A stretch of DNA of 64,000 nucleotides, taken from positions 7,316,001-7,380,000 of the forward strand of contig JBHGNT010000007.1 in the NCBI GenBank assembly GCA_043228905.1, in the 5' to 3' direction. Below are positions 1-14,130 of this stretch, one piece after another. Under the pieces are notes generated by a model. It searched no databases. It saw only the letters and a list, made by a program, of their open reading frames with translations, and was not told where the DNA came from. Source of the stretch: Azolla caroliniana. Taxonomy: Eukaryota > Plantae > Polypodiophyta. Position numbers and translations under genes: made by a program. The first letter of the stretch is position 1; the number at the start of each line of letters is the position of its first letter.

Positions 1-587
1 GAATATTGTAAAATCAGAAAAATAGATTGTGTTCATGGAGAAGTGAAAATACACATTATAAGATGCATGAAATAATAACTCCATGGCACCACGTTCTCCA
101 TTACTATGGTTACAAATTCCTCTGTGGCTAATTTCAGTGCTTTGTTCTGTGGCAGCAAATAGGCGATACATTTTGACAATTATATATACTTTTTCAAACT
201 AAAGTAAAGAAATTGCTGCATTGTATGCCATATTATGCTGAATTTCCATCACGATGGGCAAAGATATAAGAATTTCCTGTTATGCTTCTTATTGGAAGTA
301 CAAATATTTGAAACTCTTAAAAAAAGTTGGAGATGAAAAAGTAGACTCTTTCTACCTTAAGGACAAAGATATATATATACATATATGATATACATATATA
401 TATATACAAAGCCTCAAGGAAAGAGATGAGTTCATGACTCGGAAGTGTGGTTGTTATAGAGCTGCTCACATTCTCTTTAGCTCAGCGCAAAAACCCCTCT
501 GAATTTGCTCCTACACATTTTTGAGCTGTTTTTACATTCTTCGTGGTTTTCCTCACATTTGTTGAAGGGAACTATACAATAGAAGGG

Positions 588-588
<1 letters not shown>

Positions 589-621
<33 letters not shown>
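589..621. repeat. (CT)n microsatellite downstream of the kinase stop codon
   Basis: Direct reading of a ctct run. Confidence 0.9.
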
Positions 622-623
<2 letters not shown>

Positions 624-745
624 AATAGCATCATTTTTTCGATGAAGGTCAACTCAATGTTGGATATGTAATGTACAAGGTACAAGATTGGTTATTTTTT
701 ACCAGAATGCAAAGACGAGAGACTTTCACATAAATTGAGGTGATA

Positions 746-3660
746 TCAGCTTTCCTCCACATGTTCAGATATCATTAGTGTAGTAGCCCTTGCATTGTGG
801 TTCTTCTGCCTTTTGTTTCCCAACTGCAAAAGCTGCTGTGAGATCTCTCTCATTTCTGGCCTATTTTTTGAACTCGGGTTCACACATTTCCTTGCAAGGC
901 TTGCTATAGCTTTAAGCTCTTCTCTATTTACCTCCTTACTGATCCTATCATCCACAATTTCCTCCCAACCCTCCTCACCTTCATCACTTAGCAATGCCTG
1001 CATTGTATTCAAATCAGCCATTTTTCCGGAGAACAAAAATTAACAATCATGAATACTTGTCCTGTTACTACATACATAAATCTTTATAACAGGATAAGAC
1101 CGTCTTTACCAGACCAACATACTTCATAAGGCCTTTCTGTGGATTTCTTGCTGTGATCAGCTCAAACAGCAAAATCCCAAAACTGTATACATCACTTTTG
1201 AGAGTAAACTTGCTTGTGGAGACATATTCAGGATCAACATAACCATATGTTCCCTTTACACCAGAAACAGGGTGTCCAGCTCCAGCTTCTTTAGAGAGGC
1301 CAAAATCAGCAACCTAAAAGAGAGCATTATTGTGCAATCATTAGCTCTCTTCTAAAGTTGGTAAGCTTCAAAAGGTGTACACGTAGTTACATTGGTTTTA
1401 TACATTCTACTTCTCTCGAGTATCCTTCTATTCATACCCTTGCTTTCATGGAAGAATCCAGGAGTATATTAGCAGACTTTATGTCCCGATGTATTATGGG
1501 TGGGGACGCCTGAAAACAGTATATATAGCAAGAGTATTCATCAAATATATATGATCAGGATTTCCTAAACAGCTATGCAAAAAGAATAGAGTTCTGTCTA
1601 TCAACAATCAAATGAATCTTGAAGGAACGCTTTTGCATACCCCCTCATGGAGATATTCAATTCCAACTGCAACATCTTGAGCTATTTGGATCCTCAAGTC
1701 CCAAGATAGTGGTTCGCGATTGCGATCTGAGAAAATTTGTGAGACAAAAACTATCTTTGTGATAAAGAGACTTAAAAAGGTAAGACACATTTTACCATAA
1801 ATTAGTTTTTCAAGGCTCCCATTGCTCATGAACTCATATACTAGTATACGATGACCCTTTTCGGCAGAATAACCAACAAGATTGACCAAATTCCTGTGAT
1901 GCAGTCTTCCTAGTAAAACCACCTAAGAACAAAAGCATTAAATTTTAAGCAGAACACATGATATCAAAAGAAATCACTTTAGAAAGTCTGAAGCATCTAG
2001 AATTGATGTAATTGAAAATACAGAGTGCATGCAAATGCATAGATTTCAATTTGTTCTTCTTCTGTATACATATATGATTTTCAGTGCTCTAATATCTGAA
2101 GAATATGTTTTCATCCTGCACATAATAGAGAGAAGTTTTGGTTCTTATTTAAAGATGGACATTAGATGAATTAAATGTTTGAAGTTATTCATGTGGCAAT
2201 ATCTCTTCATAAGATGACATAACCAACATGCCCCTTAAAATTGTGCCCACAAAAAGGGAGCCAAAAGTCATTTGAGGCAATGTTTTGTGTTAAAGCAAAG
2301 AGTTACAATTAATTGAACCATTTCAAACTTCAATCCTGGCCATGAAATAGGTTTCACATTACATTAACTCCTTTAAATTCAATGTCCGCATCGCATGTAT
2401 ATGTAAACATGGGCATCATTATCCCACATTGATTCATCGCACTTCCATATGCAAAAGCTCGTGCACATACACACATATAAGTAAATCATCAAAAGAAACT
2501 TTACCCACGCATTCAGAGGGTTAATTTTAGTTTCGCTTCAAGCATAAGTGAAGTTTCATCATATTGTTAAACTTTTCTACATTCTGAAGGTTCTACAAAT
2601 TTTTAGGTTTCAATTACATAATCTAGAAAATTAGCGTGATTATCTAAACACATGCCACATCTCTAGCCAAAATGATCAGTATACAAAATGTTTCATCAAC
2701 ATACCTCATTCAGAAATTCTTTCTCGCCTTGCCTAGACTGTGAGGAAAGTACTTTAACTGCAAACATGCCACCCTCTGGCATTACAGCCTTATAAACAGG
2801 GCCGAATTCTCCTTCTCCTAATTTAGTAGTGAAGTTACAAGTCGCTTTCTGAAGTTCTCTGAGAAAAATGAAAGAGACCATATTAAGATAAGTAAAAAGA
2901 AATCACATCACAAACATTTGACAAGAATGGATCTGAAACATAGGTACTTTCTTTAATAATTTAAAGACGGGAACTAACAACTGCTCATCACTAAATTATT
3001 ATGCTTTAATCGTAATATTTCGAAAACAGTAGTTCAGATATGGTGAAAGCAGCAAACTTGAATCCATTTGCACCAGCATTGCATGTTAAAATACAATTTA
3101 TAGCAGTAGACAAACAATGGGTTTCAAGAGCAGTTGTCAAATGGTTTGTTATTAAGAATTGTGTTTTATAATCTGATTATTCTGCGGTTAGTAATAGATA
3201 TTGACTAAGAGGGAACCTAATAATTTCCTTAAAACGTAAAGGGAAATGAAACATTTTTCTACAGTGACATATTAATCACTTTCAAGATTTTTTGAAATAC
3301 GACGATGAAGAATACTTACTTGTAAGGGAAATTGGGGAGCCCTGAGTGAGAAAGGATGCTATTACTAGTCTTTTCTCCCCCTCCAAACCATGCTCTGAAA
3401 GTTCCATTATTCTCCTTTTCCTGAGGAGGTGAGTTAGCACCTATTGTTACATCTGATAACACTGAGGTTGCATCCAACCCATTCACTCGAATAGGAAGCT
3501 GCATGCCTCGCCAGTCAGAGCTAGATTCTTGAATCTGCTTTGGCCTTTTCCGAACTCGAACTCTATAATAGCAAATGAGAATGCAACCTCCAATTACTAG
3601 CCCAATTGTTACGCCGACAGAAATTCCTATTATAAGACCTTTCGACAACGAGTTGGCCAT
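746..3660 (-). CDS. CRLK1: Calcium/calmodulin-regulated receptor-like kinase (CRLK1/2 family), single N-terminal TM, 411 aa
   Basis: Exons complement(746-997, 1110-1313, 1438-1509, 1641-1726, 1796-1922, 2705-2858, 3320-3660) all have GT-AG boundaries, keep phase and sum to 1236 nt. Motifs: N-terminal [100 protein letters not shown]. There is no ectodomain. A probable 5'UTR intron acceptor lies at 3708-3709. Confidence 0.9.
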
Positions 3661-4067
3661 TCCTCAGCCCTTAACTAAATCACTCTTGTGTAGAGATACA
3701 TACATTCCTGTTCAAGTTCAACAAATCAAACAAATGTATTAAACCTTGTAAATCTGTCTTGAACAAATCATCTTAACTGACATTGAATGTTAATAAATTA
3801 ATTAAGAACTGGGTGGAAATTTTTGTTTCTGTACATACGACTGAGAAAAGATTCTTCCATACATAACACAAAATCAACTTGCTAAACTATATGATATTTG
3901 ATCATGTTTATCTTATTACGCTTTAACTAAGCTTTGCAGTTCATATAAAATGAAATTAGAGAAATAATTTTCATTTCCATATGTGATTTCTAATTTCTAG
4001 GCGATACCAGTTTTTGAGTGGGATGAAAAGCTTGGATCCACACCAAAGTTTGATCAATAACCATAAC

Positions 4068-4159
4068 AGATTTTTGGTTTTAAAATATAGTGATCAATAA
4101 AATATATCAATAAAATATAGTGATCAGTAAATATCACTATATTTTAAAACCAAAAATCT
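4068..4159. repeat. Short foldback/MITE-like element with 27-bp perfect inverted repeats
   Basis: agatttttggttttaaaatatagtgat (4068-4094) and its reverse complement atcactatattttaaaaccaaaaatct (4133-4159); the loop holds another copy of taaaatatagtgatca. Confidence 0.8.
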
Positions 4160-4870
4160 CATATAAATATATTGATGACATTGATATATATAAATAAACA
4201 TTTACATGGAGTGAGTAGTCATAATTTAAAGGGCAATAACGTACAAGGAACATCCACAAATGGTTAACCTTATAAATGAAAACAAATTCTTCGCTTAACT
4301 TTATAATTTTCTCAGCAATATGAATCAGAAAAATTAATTTGATTTTTTACCAATTTCAATGATGATGTAGAACAAACGAAAATCCACAAACGAAAATCCA
4401 AGTATGTGAAAGCAAAAGGTAGAAATTCAGACGTTTGTTAAATGCAACATAAGGATTCTTGATTCTATAGTTTCACCACACTATAAAGAAGAGAAACTTG
4501 TAGGAAACAAGGATTCTATCAGTAAGATCTTCTATTCACTTTGTATAGCCTAGAGAAGATCAAAATCAGCTCTAGAAATTACTACAGTTAGTTAAATTAA
4601 CACAGATGAGGAGATAAGGAAGCAAAAATCAAAGTGGCAAAGTAATATTGGGCAAAAAAGTAATCAAACAGTTTCCACACAATTATAATTTGAGATGAGA
4701 ATCACATGCTTTAGAACCAGTAAGCTAAATGTGTTCAAGAAACAAACAAACCATACATATGATATAGCATGATAAAGCTTCCACTTGGAGTCGTTATTGA
4801 AAAGATAAACAAAAAATGCATAGGGCATTCAGTATTCCAGACAAAGTCATGTGGTGCAGAACATCTTCTG

Positions 4871-5397
4871 TAATAAAACCTCCAGTTGGATTCCTTACAT
4901 ATTAGGCATGGTTACATAAAAAATTATAAAGACAAAGTGTAGCAAAGATTCCAGTTTGCTATTTTCCCTCTTTATGCTTGCATATAAATCATATTAGAAG
5001 AATTGAAATCATTTAGGAATACAACGATGATATTTTGCACCTATAATATTTGTTATCATTATCTTTTTTTTTGGATATATCTATCACCAAGTCCACTAAT
5101 GAGACAACAATCCTAAGCTTCTGTATATCTCTAATAAAACCTCCACTTGGATTCCTTGCATGTTAGGCATGGTTACATAAAAAATTATTGATGCAAGCTA
5201 AAGACGAAGTGTAGCAAAGCTCCCACTTCGCTATTTGCCCTCTTTGTGCTTGCATATAAATCATATTAATTGACATCACTTAGGAATACAAAGATGATAT
5301 TGTGCACCTATCGTATTTGTTATCATTATTAATTTTTTGGATATATCTATCACCAAGTCCACTAATAAGACAACAATCCCAAGTTTCTGTAGATCTC
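4871..5397. repeat. Diverged tandem duplication of about 260 bp, probably within a decayed minus-strand LINE RT remnant
   Basis: Two units start taataaaacctcca(g/c)ttggattcctt (about 4871 and 5132) and end ctgta(t/g)atctc. The minus translation ...IMITNTIGAQYHL resembles the segment after the RT (Y)xDD motif at 63.5 kb (VVLFANTLGNAQKLM). Confidence 0.7.
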
Positions 5398-6254
5398 CCA
5401 CAACATTCATCAACTGAACTTGATTGCATATGAGAGTCAACCAATGTAAAACTTCCTTCAATACTGGAACATGATTGCAGAAATGTAGAGTTGACAAAGG
5501 TCTGAAATTAAAGGATTGGAAGGTATCACGTGAATGATTATGCAATCTATTTGACACAGACACACATGGTTTGGAAAGAAACATTTGCTTTAGTATGCAC
5601 ATAAGAAAATATTCAACCATGATAAGGACAGAGAAAGTACTTCTAAGGCAGTTATTGCACATCTATAAATGGTGTATAATGTTTCCTCATCAGCTATAAT
5701 GGAAAAGCGATGAATTCTAGCTTGGGGTACCAGATCTTATAGGTTTTTAAGATCTCATGCACCCATTCATAGTACTAATGTTGTAAATCTAACAAACTGC
5801 AAATGAATTATGTGCACGTATTGCAAGAGCAAAAAGAACCCCCCTCCACCCCCCAAATCACATTTTTAGAGCTACTACTGTGTCAATTTTCCAAACAGCC
5901 CAAATGTCATCATTTCAAAAGGTGTTAAATTCTCTAGAAAGGCCTTAACTCTGAGGTGGATAAGGCCAGATGTGTATGGTTGTCACAATAATTGGTTGGG
6001 TATATTTTAAATTTTCATTGTTATGGGAAATATCATTGCAAGTATTGATCTTCCACAAGGAATTCATAGTAATCACGAGTCATCACTCCAACTGACTAGT
6101 CATTTGAAATTTCATCAGAATTGACATAGATCATTGTCACCATTGAACTAAATATTATTCATTGATTCATAACACTTTTGGCAGATAATTGTAGCTTACC
6201 ACATATCGCCTTGCTAAAACCTTGTTTAACCCTGTGCTGGATAGATGCCCAGCA

Positions 6255-6430
6255 AAATCTTGCTTAAAGAAATCATAGCCAAAATCCTCCATCAGAATAT
6301 AATGAAATTCATAGCCAAAATCTTGACTCAAATCATTGCCGAAACTTGCATCCAATTATAACCGCATCTTGCATCAAATTATAGAAATCACTTGCACCAA
6401 ATCATAGTCACAGATCTTGCATCAAATTCT
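6255..6430. repeat. Degenerate ~23-bp minisatellite (aaatcatagccaaaatcttgcatc-like)
   Basis: Repeated aaatcatagcc and cttgcatcaaatt motifs. Confidence 0.6.
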
Positions 6431-8534
6431 GCAATTTTCAGCTACCACAGCTTGCTTGAATGAAGCTTTCTTGAAAAACCAAAACAGAACCTTTTTTCTG
6501 TGAAATGAGAAGCTATTTTAAGCTAGAAAAGCGTTCGAGCCCCCCAGCCCAAAACGGTACCGTGGAGCGATTAAAATCATCCAATGGAGGAAGGATAGAA
6601 ACACAGTGAGGAAAGTCAAAAGTTCTGTGGCAAGACAAAGAAGAAAAGAAGTGAAGGAAATTGTGAAGTATAAAAAGGTTAAGACAACTATTGGATAGAG
6701 ATTGGCAGAGAGAAAAGCTTCGATTTTGTCAGATTAGGCTCTGGGGTTCAAAATCCAGAAATGGGTCAATGGCAGAATGATGGAAGAACAATTTGGATGA
6801 ATGAGGGGTCACATCAAGCTCAAAGAAAAAGGAGGAGGAGAAGAAGAAAGCAGGAAAGCGTTAAGGAAATTTAGAGAATGTATTCACACATGCCATGTTC
6901 CTTTGGATCCTTCAAGACCCCCACCTCCTTACCACAGGCATGCACGATTCGTCGATCCAATCTATGTGTATACGTGTAACGTATCAGTATGTATATATCC
7001 AAGGCATTTCCATATCTTGGTAGCCTTGCTCTTAATCGAGTTCTCCCAACTGTCGTGCTCTGGTCTGAATCAAGTTCTCCCAACTGCCGTGCTCTGGTCT
7101 GAAATCGAGTTTCTCCCACCCAATATCATGATGTTGTTGTATGTCCTCTAATCTGTCGATTTAGAAGTGCCGAAATCAAAGCAACGACTTTATCCGAATG
7201 ACTTTGTTCCAACTGAATGCTGCTTCGAAGCACGCCCGTCTTGATGTGTTGGCTTTTCGTTGGCCCTGCAAGAAAGGTACGCAACATAGTTGTTGTTCTA
7301 GCCAATTTGTATCGAGATGTTGTGAGCACTCTAGACTCTCAATATGTTGTGGGCCATCTAGAGTCTCGAGAAACAAGGCCTATTGCACTAGTCTTTCCTT
7401 GGCTCATTGAATGCCTAGGCACAAAGCCATGTCCATGGTTGATGGGGTATGTTCTCGTTGATCGTAAGAAAGGTCTATCTTGAATCTTTTGTGATCCTAA
7501 GATCTCATTTAGACCAAACACCTAGATGGAATTCCATGCCAATGTAGTGGGTTTCTGCTGGACAACTCCTTGTTCCACCATTGAGGTTAAACAAAATCAT
7601 TTTCAACAATCAAGCAAGGATAGATAGTCCCACATGTAGGGAGCCCCAAATTGACCTAAATAATAGGCATAGCTTTCCATTGTGAGCATTATGTATTTAA
7701 CCATTTTCTTTTTAAATATGTTTAGTCAAGCGACAATATCAATCCCCACCTAAGATAACGATTGACTCACTACACTTAAGGGTTGAGGTAGCCCATGAAA
7801 GATCTTCAACTCTAGGTGATCTTATTTTAATGAAAATGCAAAGCATGGTTCACTTCTTGTTGAGGAATTATCGTCCTTCCCTTCTACAACCACAAAAATG
7901 TTGAGTTTGGGTTATATTTAAGCTTATGTCTAATGACTCATGAGTCCTCTTTGTACTTAAAGCGCACTTATGTGTTGGACATCAAATATTTGCTATAGTA
8001 CAAACAATGTAAAAATTGTACTTTAATATCTCATTTATAGTTAAGCAAATATCATATGTGCACAAAAGTAGCATGTTTAATGCATTCAAAACTCATGTTC
8101 CCTAAATTTGTAATGTTTTTTATATTAGGTTGAAGAAGACTGGTTTGACGATTGTACATTATTGGCCCCCAGATGTGAAGTTGCGCAAAGAGTAGGTGTA
8201 GTGATAACATAATCAACATCCATTTATCAAATTATGAGAACTAAAAGTATGAGATGATGAAGCATGTTGTGGGTGATACTTAAGAATAAATTCTTGAACC
8301 TTTGAGCACGAGTTGTGTGGTTAATATAATTGCATAATCCTATAGCGAGTGTGGTAACCACATCTATATTGTAATTTCATATATCATCTCATCATATAGG
8401 TTGGGCTAGCTACCAAATTCCTATTTTTGTGATAGTCATTTCATGCTTTTTGGGGTAAAACTTAAAGACTACTTTCTTTACCACTCATTTGGAATCTAAA
8501 CAAGCAATCGAATCTCTAAGAAACTCATTAACAT

Positions 8535-10567
8535 AAAGCAACATTTTGTTGGCCACCATGTAGTACTCATTGGCATGTTGGATGTTAGATAAAGATTGCA
8601 TAAAAAATATTAAGGCAATGGTGAGAGGGTTCCTTTGGTCGGGTAGAGACCATGAGACGACGTCAGCTAAAGTGGCCTGGAGTTGTTTGATCAAGGCAAA
8701 AAATCAAGGTGGACTTGGAATGGTGGATCCGGTTCACCAAAGTAAGGCTTTACTCGGTAAGCTCGTGGTGCGAAGTCTCCAACCTGGACCAGAATTGTGG
8801 AAGTTGCTTCTTAGGGATAGGGCTGAACTCTGGTGTCCTAGGAATGGCGGCCCTTGGAAGGCAAAGAAGTGGTGGTTGTTTAGTCTAGACCTAAAGTTAA
8901 AAGAACCGACTAGCATGGAGGATAGGGTGGCCCGCACCATAATGAGGGCCTGGTCAAGTTTAAGAGAGGGGTTGGTCTTAATGCAGCCAAAAACGATGGA
9001 GGAATAGCTCCGTCAACCACTGTTTTGGAACCCTAGGATTAGAAGCGATGACGGTATGATGCTTGGCCAGAAAAATACTTGCCATGGGGACAAATGGTAG
9101 GGTACAATGTTAGTTCAGTAAGAGACTGGGAGGTTTTCAAAAGGAAAAGAAGGGAGGGTCTAGTTGGTAGTACTAGGTTTACTAGCAGGCTGGAAAAGGT
9201 GACCCGTTTGATAGATAAGGTTGTTGATGGTCTAACTAGGCTGAATGAAGAAAAGGGGGTCTGGTTTGGGTGGTTTGTAGGTGATGGCGATGCACAAATT
9301 ATCCGGGGCAGGTGCCCCTCTAATGAGTATCGTTTGTGGGGCAACCTAAGTGCTTTGGCAGACAATGGCTAGTGGTTGGCAATGCGGGCGGCAGTGTTGG
9401 AAGGTAAGAAGTGGCAAGTAAACCCAGACCCAGGGAAGCTGGAATCTAATTATAAGGTTTGGATAGTTGACAACAAGCCCGTATGTGAGTTGGATTGGGA
9501 CCCACTAGAGGTGTGGTGGCAGAAACCGGGAATAGACAAAGTGGAACGGTTTTTCGAGGACACTACTAAGTTAGGAAGGAAAATCATTGGCTCCAAATAT
9601 ATGGGTGCTACTCTAACTCGCAATAGTTGGAAGGATAAAGGCATTTCTGACAACTTGTTGAAGTTGTTTTGGAGGAGACTATGGGCGTTTGATATGCCAA
9701 AAAAAATAAAGCTTTGGTTATGGCTTCTTAGTCATAAAGCGGTACCAATGGGGGAGTGGCTTAGGTGTCATGCTGGTGAGGTTGGTTGTAAGATATGTGG
9801 ACACCCTTTGGAATCAATTTCTCACTATTTTTGGAATTGCGAACAGGCTATTAACATTTGGGGTAGAAGTCTCAGGATAGTGGCAGCATGCGGCGTGAAT
9901 GGGAGAGTGGTATGGGGGTTCGTACAGGGGCTGAAGTTAACAGGGGAAGGCTAGGTTGAATAGTTAAACCCCCATGGTCATGGATTTATAGTGCAGGGTG
10001 GCAAGGTGTTTCAATGTGCTGGAGTTCAACTTGGCACTAACTCAGAAATTTTTGAAGAGATATGGATGATGGTGGCTTGTTTATCGGTCTAGCACATTTG
10101 GACCAGGCGTTGTAAGTTTGTTTTTCAACAACAAAAGATCCCTAGTGGTGAGGTGTTGTTAAATATCTGGTTCAAGCTAATATCTTGGTTGTAGGGACGG
10201 TACGACTCGATTCAGGAGGAATCTGATGCAGTTGAAAGAGCTCGGTCAAAGTTCCTGTTGAAATGGGGTAGTTCTCCTATGGTGGGCAGGTCATCATTAG
10301 GGCCTGAATGGAACTACCAAGCACCACGATGGTTGTTTCCCCCAATGGCTTCCATTAGTGCCCAGGTGTTGTAACTATGTATAAATATGGTACAAATTAC
10401 TAGGTTATAGGAGTTGTGGATACTTTTGTAGTAAATGAGGTAGGGACTATGTCCACTTTGGTGGGAAGGCCAAAGTGAGGGTTGCTGAATTTTTGGTGGT
10501 CTATGATGTAATTGTTTGCTAACTAATTGCGAAGTAGTGTTTTTCTTGGAAAAAAAGAAGAAGAAGA
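8535..10567 (+). mobile_element. 5'-truncated L1-clade LINE, ORF2 C-terminal half (post-RT region and zf-RVT), pseudogenised
   Basis: ORFs 8570-9007, 9079-9372 and 9376-9954 give FLWSG...AKVAWSCLIKAKNQGGLG and KIKLWLWLLSHKAVP...CKICGHPLESISHYFWNC (zf-RVT). There are several stops and frameshifts, and a 3' A/GAA-rich tail at 10549-10567. Confidence 0.88.
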
Positions 10568-12618
10568 GAGGGTCCTAGACCACTTGACCACCCATAGCTA
10601 ATGTTAGAGACAAATCATAAAATTTGATTGCCTTTTTTAGCACATTTCCATTATTGCAAGCATCAAATACTTGATTTCAATGGTTCTTTTACAAATATAA
10701 CATGGTCATTCCTCTCACAAATCCCATATATTTTGTCTCCTTTTGGAAGATTTCATATGTATATTATAACTAGTGAGCAACCCACATCTTCTTGTGGTTT
10801 ATTGGGAAGAACGTGTGTATTTAAAGAATGCTACATGATAGGTAATGTATAAACTCTTTCAATTAAGCACAAAAACATCTTTGTCTCACACTCAAGCTTT
10901 TACTATCTATCTTTCATACATAAATATCTCCCTGTCTTTGTTTATCACAGACATGCAAGCATGACTTATATGTCTTACTTTTATTTTACCAGAAGCCATG
11001 GGTGATACCCATTTACTTCCTATTTCTTTAGACGACCTTGGGAATGTGTGTTGTTGCATAAATTTACAGATATGCTATCACGATGTAGTATGTGCAAAGA
11101 TAGAAAAGTGTGGACAACTCAAGTTTAAGTAGTAGTCCAATCTATTGATTTCTACTAACCTCAAAACTTTGGATGGACGATATGGACTTCCTACCTTTTT
11201 CCTCTTTTCATTTTATTTCTATGCGATTGAGACTATTTATTTATCACAATGATTATGTGGGGAATAATCATTGGGATTTGGGTTAAAGTAAGCACTAGAA
11301 GAATAGTGAAATAATTTAAGAAACACAAGAACGTAGCTCAAATGGTATGACGCAAACGTACCATTCGTGCATTCGTATTCGTGAACATTTTGATCATTCG
11401 AGTATGAAAAACACCATTGAAGTATGGTAAATACCATACTTTTGCACTCATTATTGATTATAAGGTAATTTTTTTTAGGGTAAGAAAGTTAAGGTAAAAA
11501 GTGTAAAAAAAACAAGAATGTTTTAATAGCATACGCATTCGTTTGCAAATGTATGAAAACGAATGTTTGGGCTAACGAACACGAATATTACATACTATAA
11601 TTGGAGCAATATGTTAAGTGTTCAAAACTTACGAAAGGAGATGAAGGATAAAATATAAGCTACAATTCCTAAGTAGCTACAATAAAGTAATAGTAAATGC
11701 TTGAACACGTTCTTGCCTAAACTAGGCACCCATGCAAGGATATGGATAAGTCATGTGAAAAAGATATTACAATTTTTATCCCACGAGAGAGCCCGTGAAA
11801 GATATATAGTGAGCAAGAGCGCTAGCTGATAGCTAGTTGATTGTTAGGTTCGAGCATTCGCATATGCAAGGTTTCACGAATTTTTGTTTAACTTGGGTTG
11901 TAGATCAAGAGGGCACGTTGTCGAGGAAATCCTCACGTCTTTGTGAAATGAAGCGGGACTATCAAGGTCCTAGACCAAAAGGATTCGACGTTTATACTAG
12001 CGTAAATGAGAAAGTATTTAAGATAGACATAGAGAGATTGAAAGACGGAGATTCCAATTCTGAAACAGATTGAGAGAGAGAGAGAGATAGAACCCTTGAC
12101 TTCAATTTTTTAGAGACAAGATATATCACCAATAAGGTAACTAAATTTTTTATTTTTTTTCTTTGATTCAACACATAGCTTTCCCTTGGCTTTTTTCCTC
12201 CACTCTTTTATAGATGCCCCCATGCATATGATGCATGTCAGGGTGCAAAACATGCATGTAATGCATGAAATGCATGCGATGCATGTTTCCCACTTGGCGC
12301 TCATGCATTATATATGATGCATGATGTCCATGTCACTCATCAAAACGCTCATGTATAAGAATTTACATGTGAAGAATATAATGGAAAATACAACTTTTTA
12401 AGAAATGACTTGGCTTAGTGATAAGTCAATTGTGTTATATAAGATTGTCCCTCCTTGTCGGGGGAGTCGGCCGAAAAGCCGAAACGAGAGTCAGTTGGCC
12501 AAAATCGGTCAGGAAGCCAAAACAAGAGCCGGTTGGCCGAAATCGACCAAAAAGTCGAAATGGGATTCAGTCAAATAGAAGTTCAAATGAATACACACAT
12601 ACATATATATACATAGTC

Positions 12619-12665
<47 letters not shown>

Positions 12666-12719
12666 TGAGTGATAAGTTAGTATATATAGAGAGAGAGAGT
12701 CGTATTAGTTGCATTTATA

Positions 12720-13412
12720 TGTGGGATAACTCATTGAGAAAAAAAGCAGTGAGAGAAATGCGAAAGTGAACTCTTCTCGGTTTTCTCCTTTCCACATGAT
12801 TTTTGTAGAGAAACGAATCGTCGATCCACAAGAAGGAATGCACTGAAATACACAATTAGGAAACACACCAAGAAAAACAATGTACACAGATTTTACGTGG
12901 AAACCCTAAAGCGGGAGAAAAGCACGAAGAACGGAGCTTCACTTATACAGTGGATTTACAATGACGAGATTAGAGTACAACACTCTCTACACCGAGTGTA
13001 TTAGCTGTGCAGGGCTCTTGGTGTATGTTGTTACAGAACATGGCTATGGCGCCGCTCGCTCACTCTCTCTCCATGTTCTCACTCTTCTCTATCGTTTTTC
13101 TACAACAGAGGATCACACACTTCTCACTCTACATTCTGTTTGCCCTAGATGTATTTATACTAATACATAGAATGGGCTATTTACAATCTTGGCCATTATT
13201 ATTATCCAATAATAATAATAATAGTGGTCTTACTAATCAACCGACTCATTTGTTAACTGTCGGGTTGGTCCGACTAGTCGACATGGTCATCAACCAACCG
13301 GTTGTGTCTTTGACCTCGATCAACTATCTCTGAGTCAACTCCTCAACTGTTGGCTCTCTCTGAGCAGTCGGCTCCTCCCACTAGAGGGACATATTCCTAA
13401 CAAACTCCCCCT
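12720..13412 (-). mobile_element. Ty1/copia 3' LTR (12720-13402) with adjacent PPT; internal part lost or interrupted
   Basis: Runs TG...CA (tgtggg...cctaaca), followed on the plus strand by aactccccct (a minus-strand PPT). It shares the ttttacgtgga-aaccctaa motif with the copia LTRs at 54298 and 59005. Confidence 0.7.
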
Positions 13413-14130
13413 TCACTCCTGTGGGGAGGAGTCCGTTATTCTTGTCCTTTGTCAACAAACTCTAAGTCGGTCCATCGGTAGGTTCTTGTTGGCCAACAAG
13501 ACCAAAGGGCCGGTTAGAGTCCAAAATGTGAAAGGGGTATTTAATTAGGGATAGGGAGTTGTAATTAATAAGTATTATGTTATTTTGAGAAGCGGGCAGA
13601 CGGACCAGAATCGGTATGCCGATTCGGATCCGGACCGGATCATTGCTAGTTGCTAGTTGGCACCGGTTTGTAACTCAGCCGGAGACCTATAAAAGGACCC
13701 AACAAGAATGCAATTAGGGACGGATAATTAATAGAAGCGTTGTTGTTTACATATCGTTTAGTGTCTATTTGGTTACCGTTCTGTGCTTAATATAATTAAT
13801 CTTACGCGTGTGTTACGATCATTAACAGTGCCGATTAGTAACCGGTTAAGACCCATTTGATACCACGGTCTATCCATATCTCACCATACCACCCTTTGGT
13901 GAAGTGTTCCATAGGGACACCCTGTGTTAGGGCTTGTCCAGCCTAAAGGATAACACAGATTTTGGCGACCACAATTCCTGCAGTGAGCAGAGAACACCGA
14001 GGGATGGATGTCTCGACCGACTAACGACCAAGTCACCGAACGAGGAAGAAGACTTGTCGAAAGACAACAAAGGCAGGAAGCCTTCCAGCAAGCGGCCGAG
14101 GAGATCCGATAGGATCGGTCTTTTCCTAGA

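Noticed and set aside
6880-7030. miRNA precursor
   Set aside because: No extended self-complementary stem or recognisable conserved mature miRNA found by eye.
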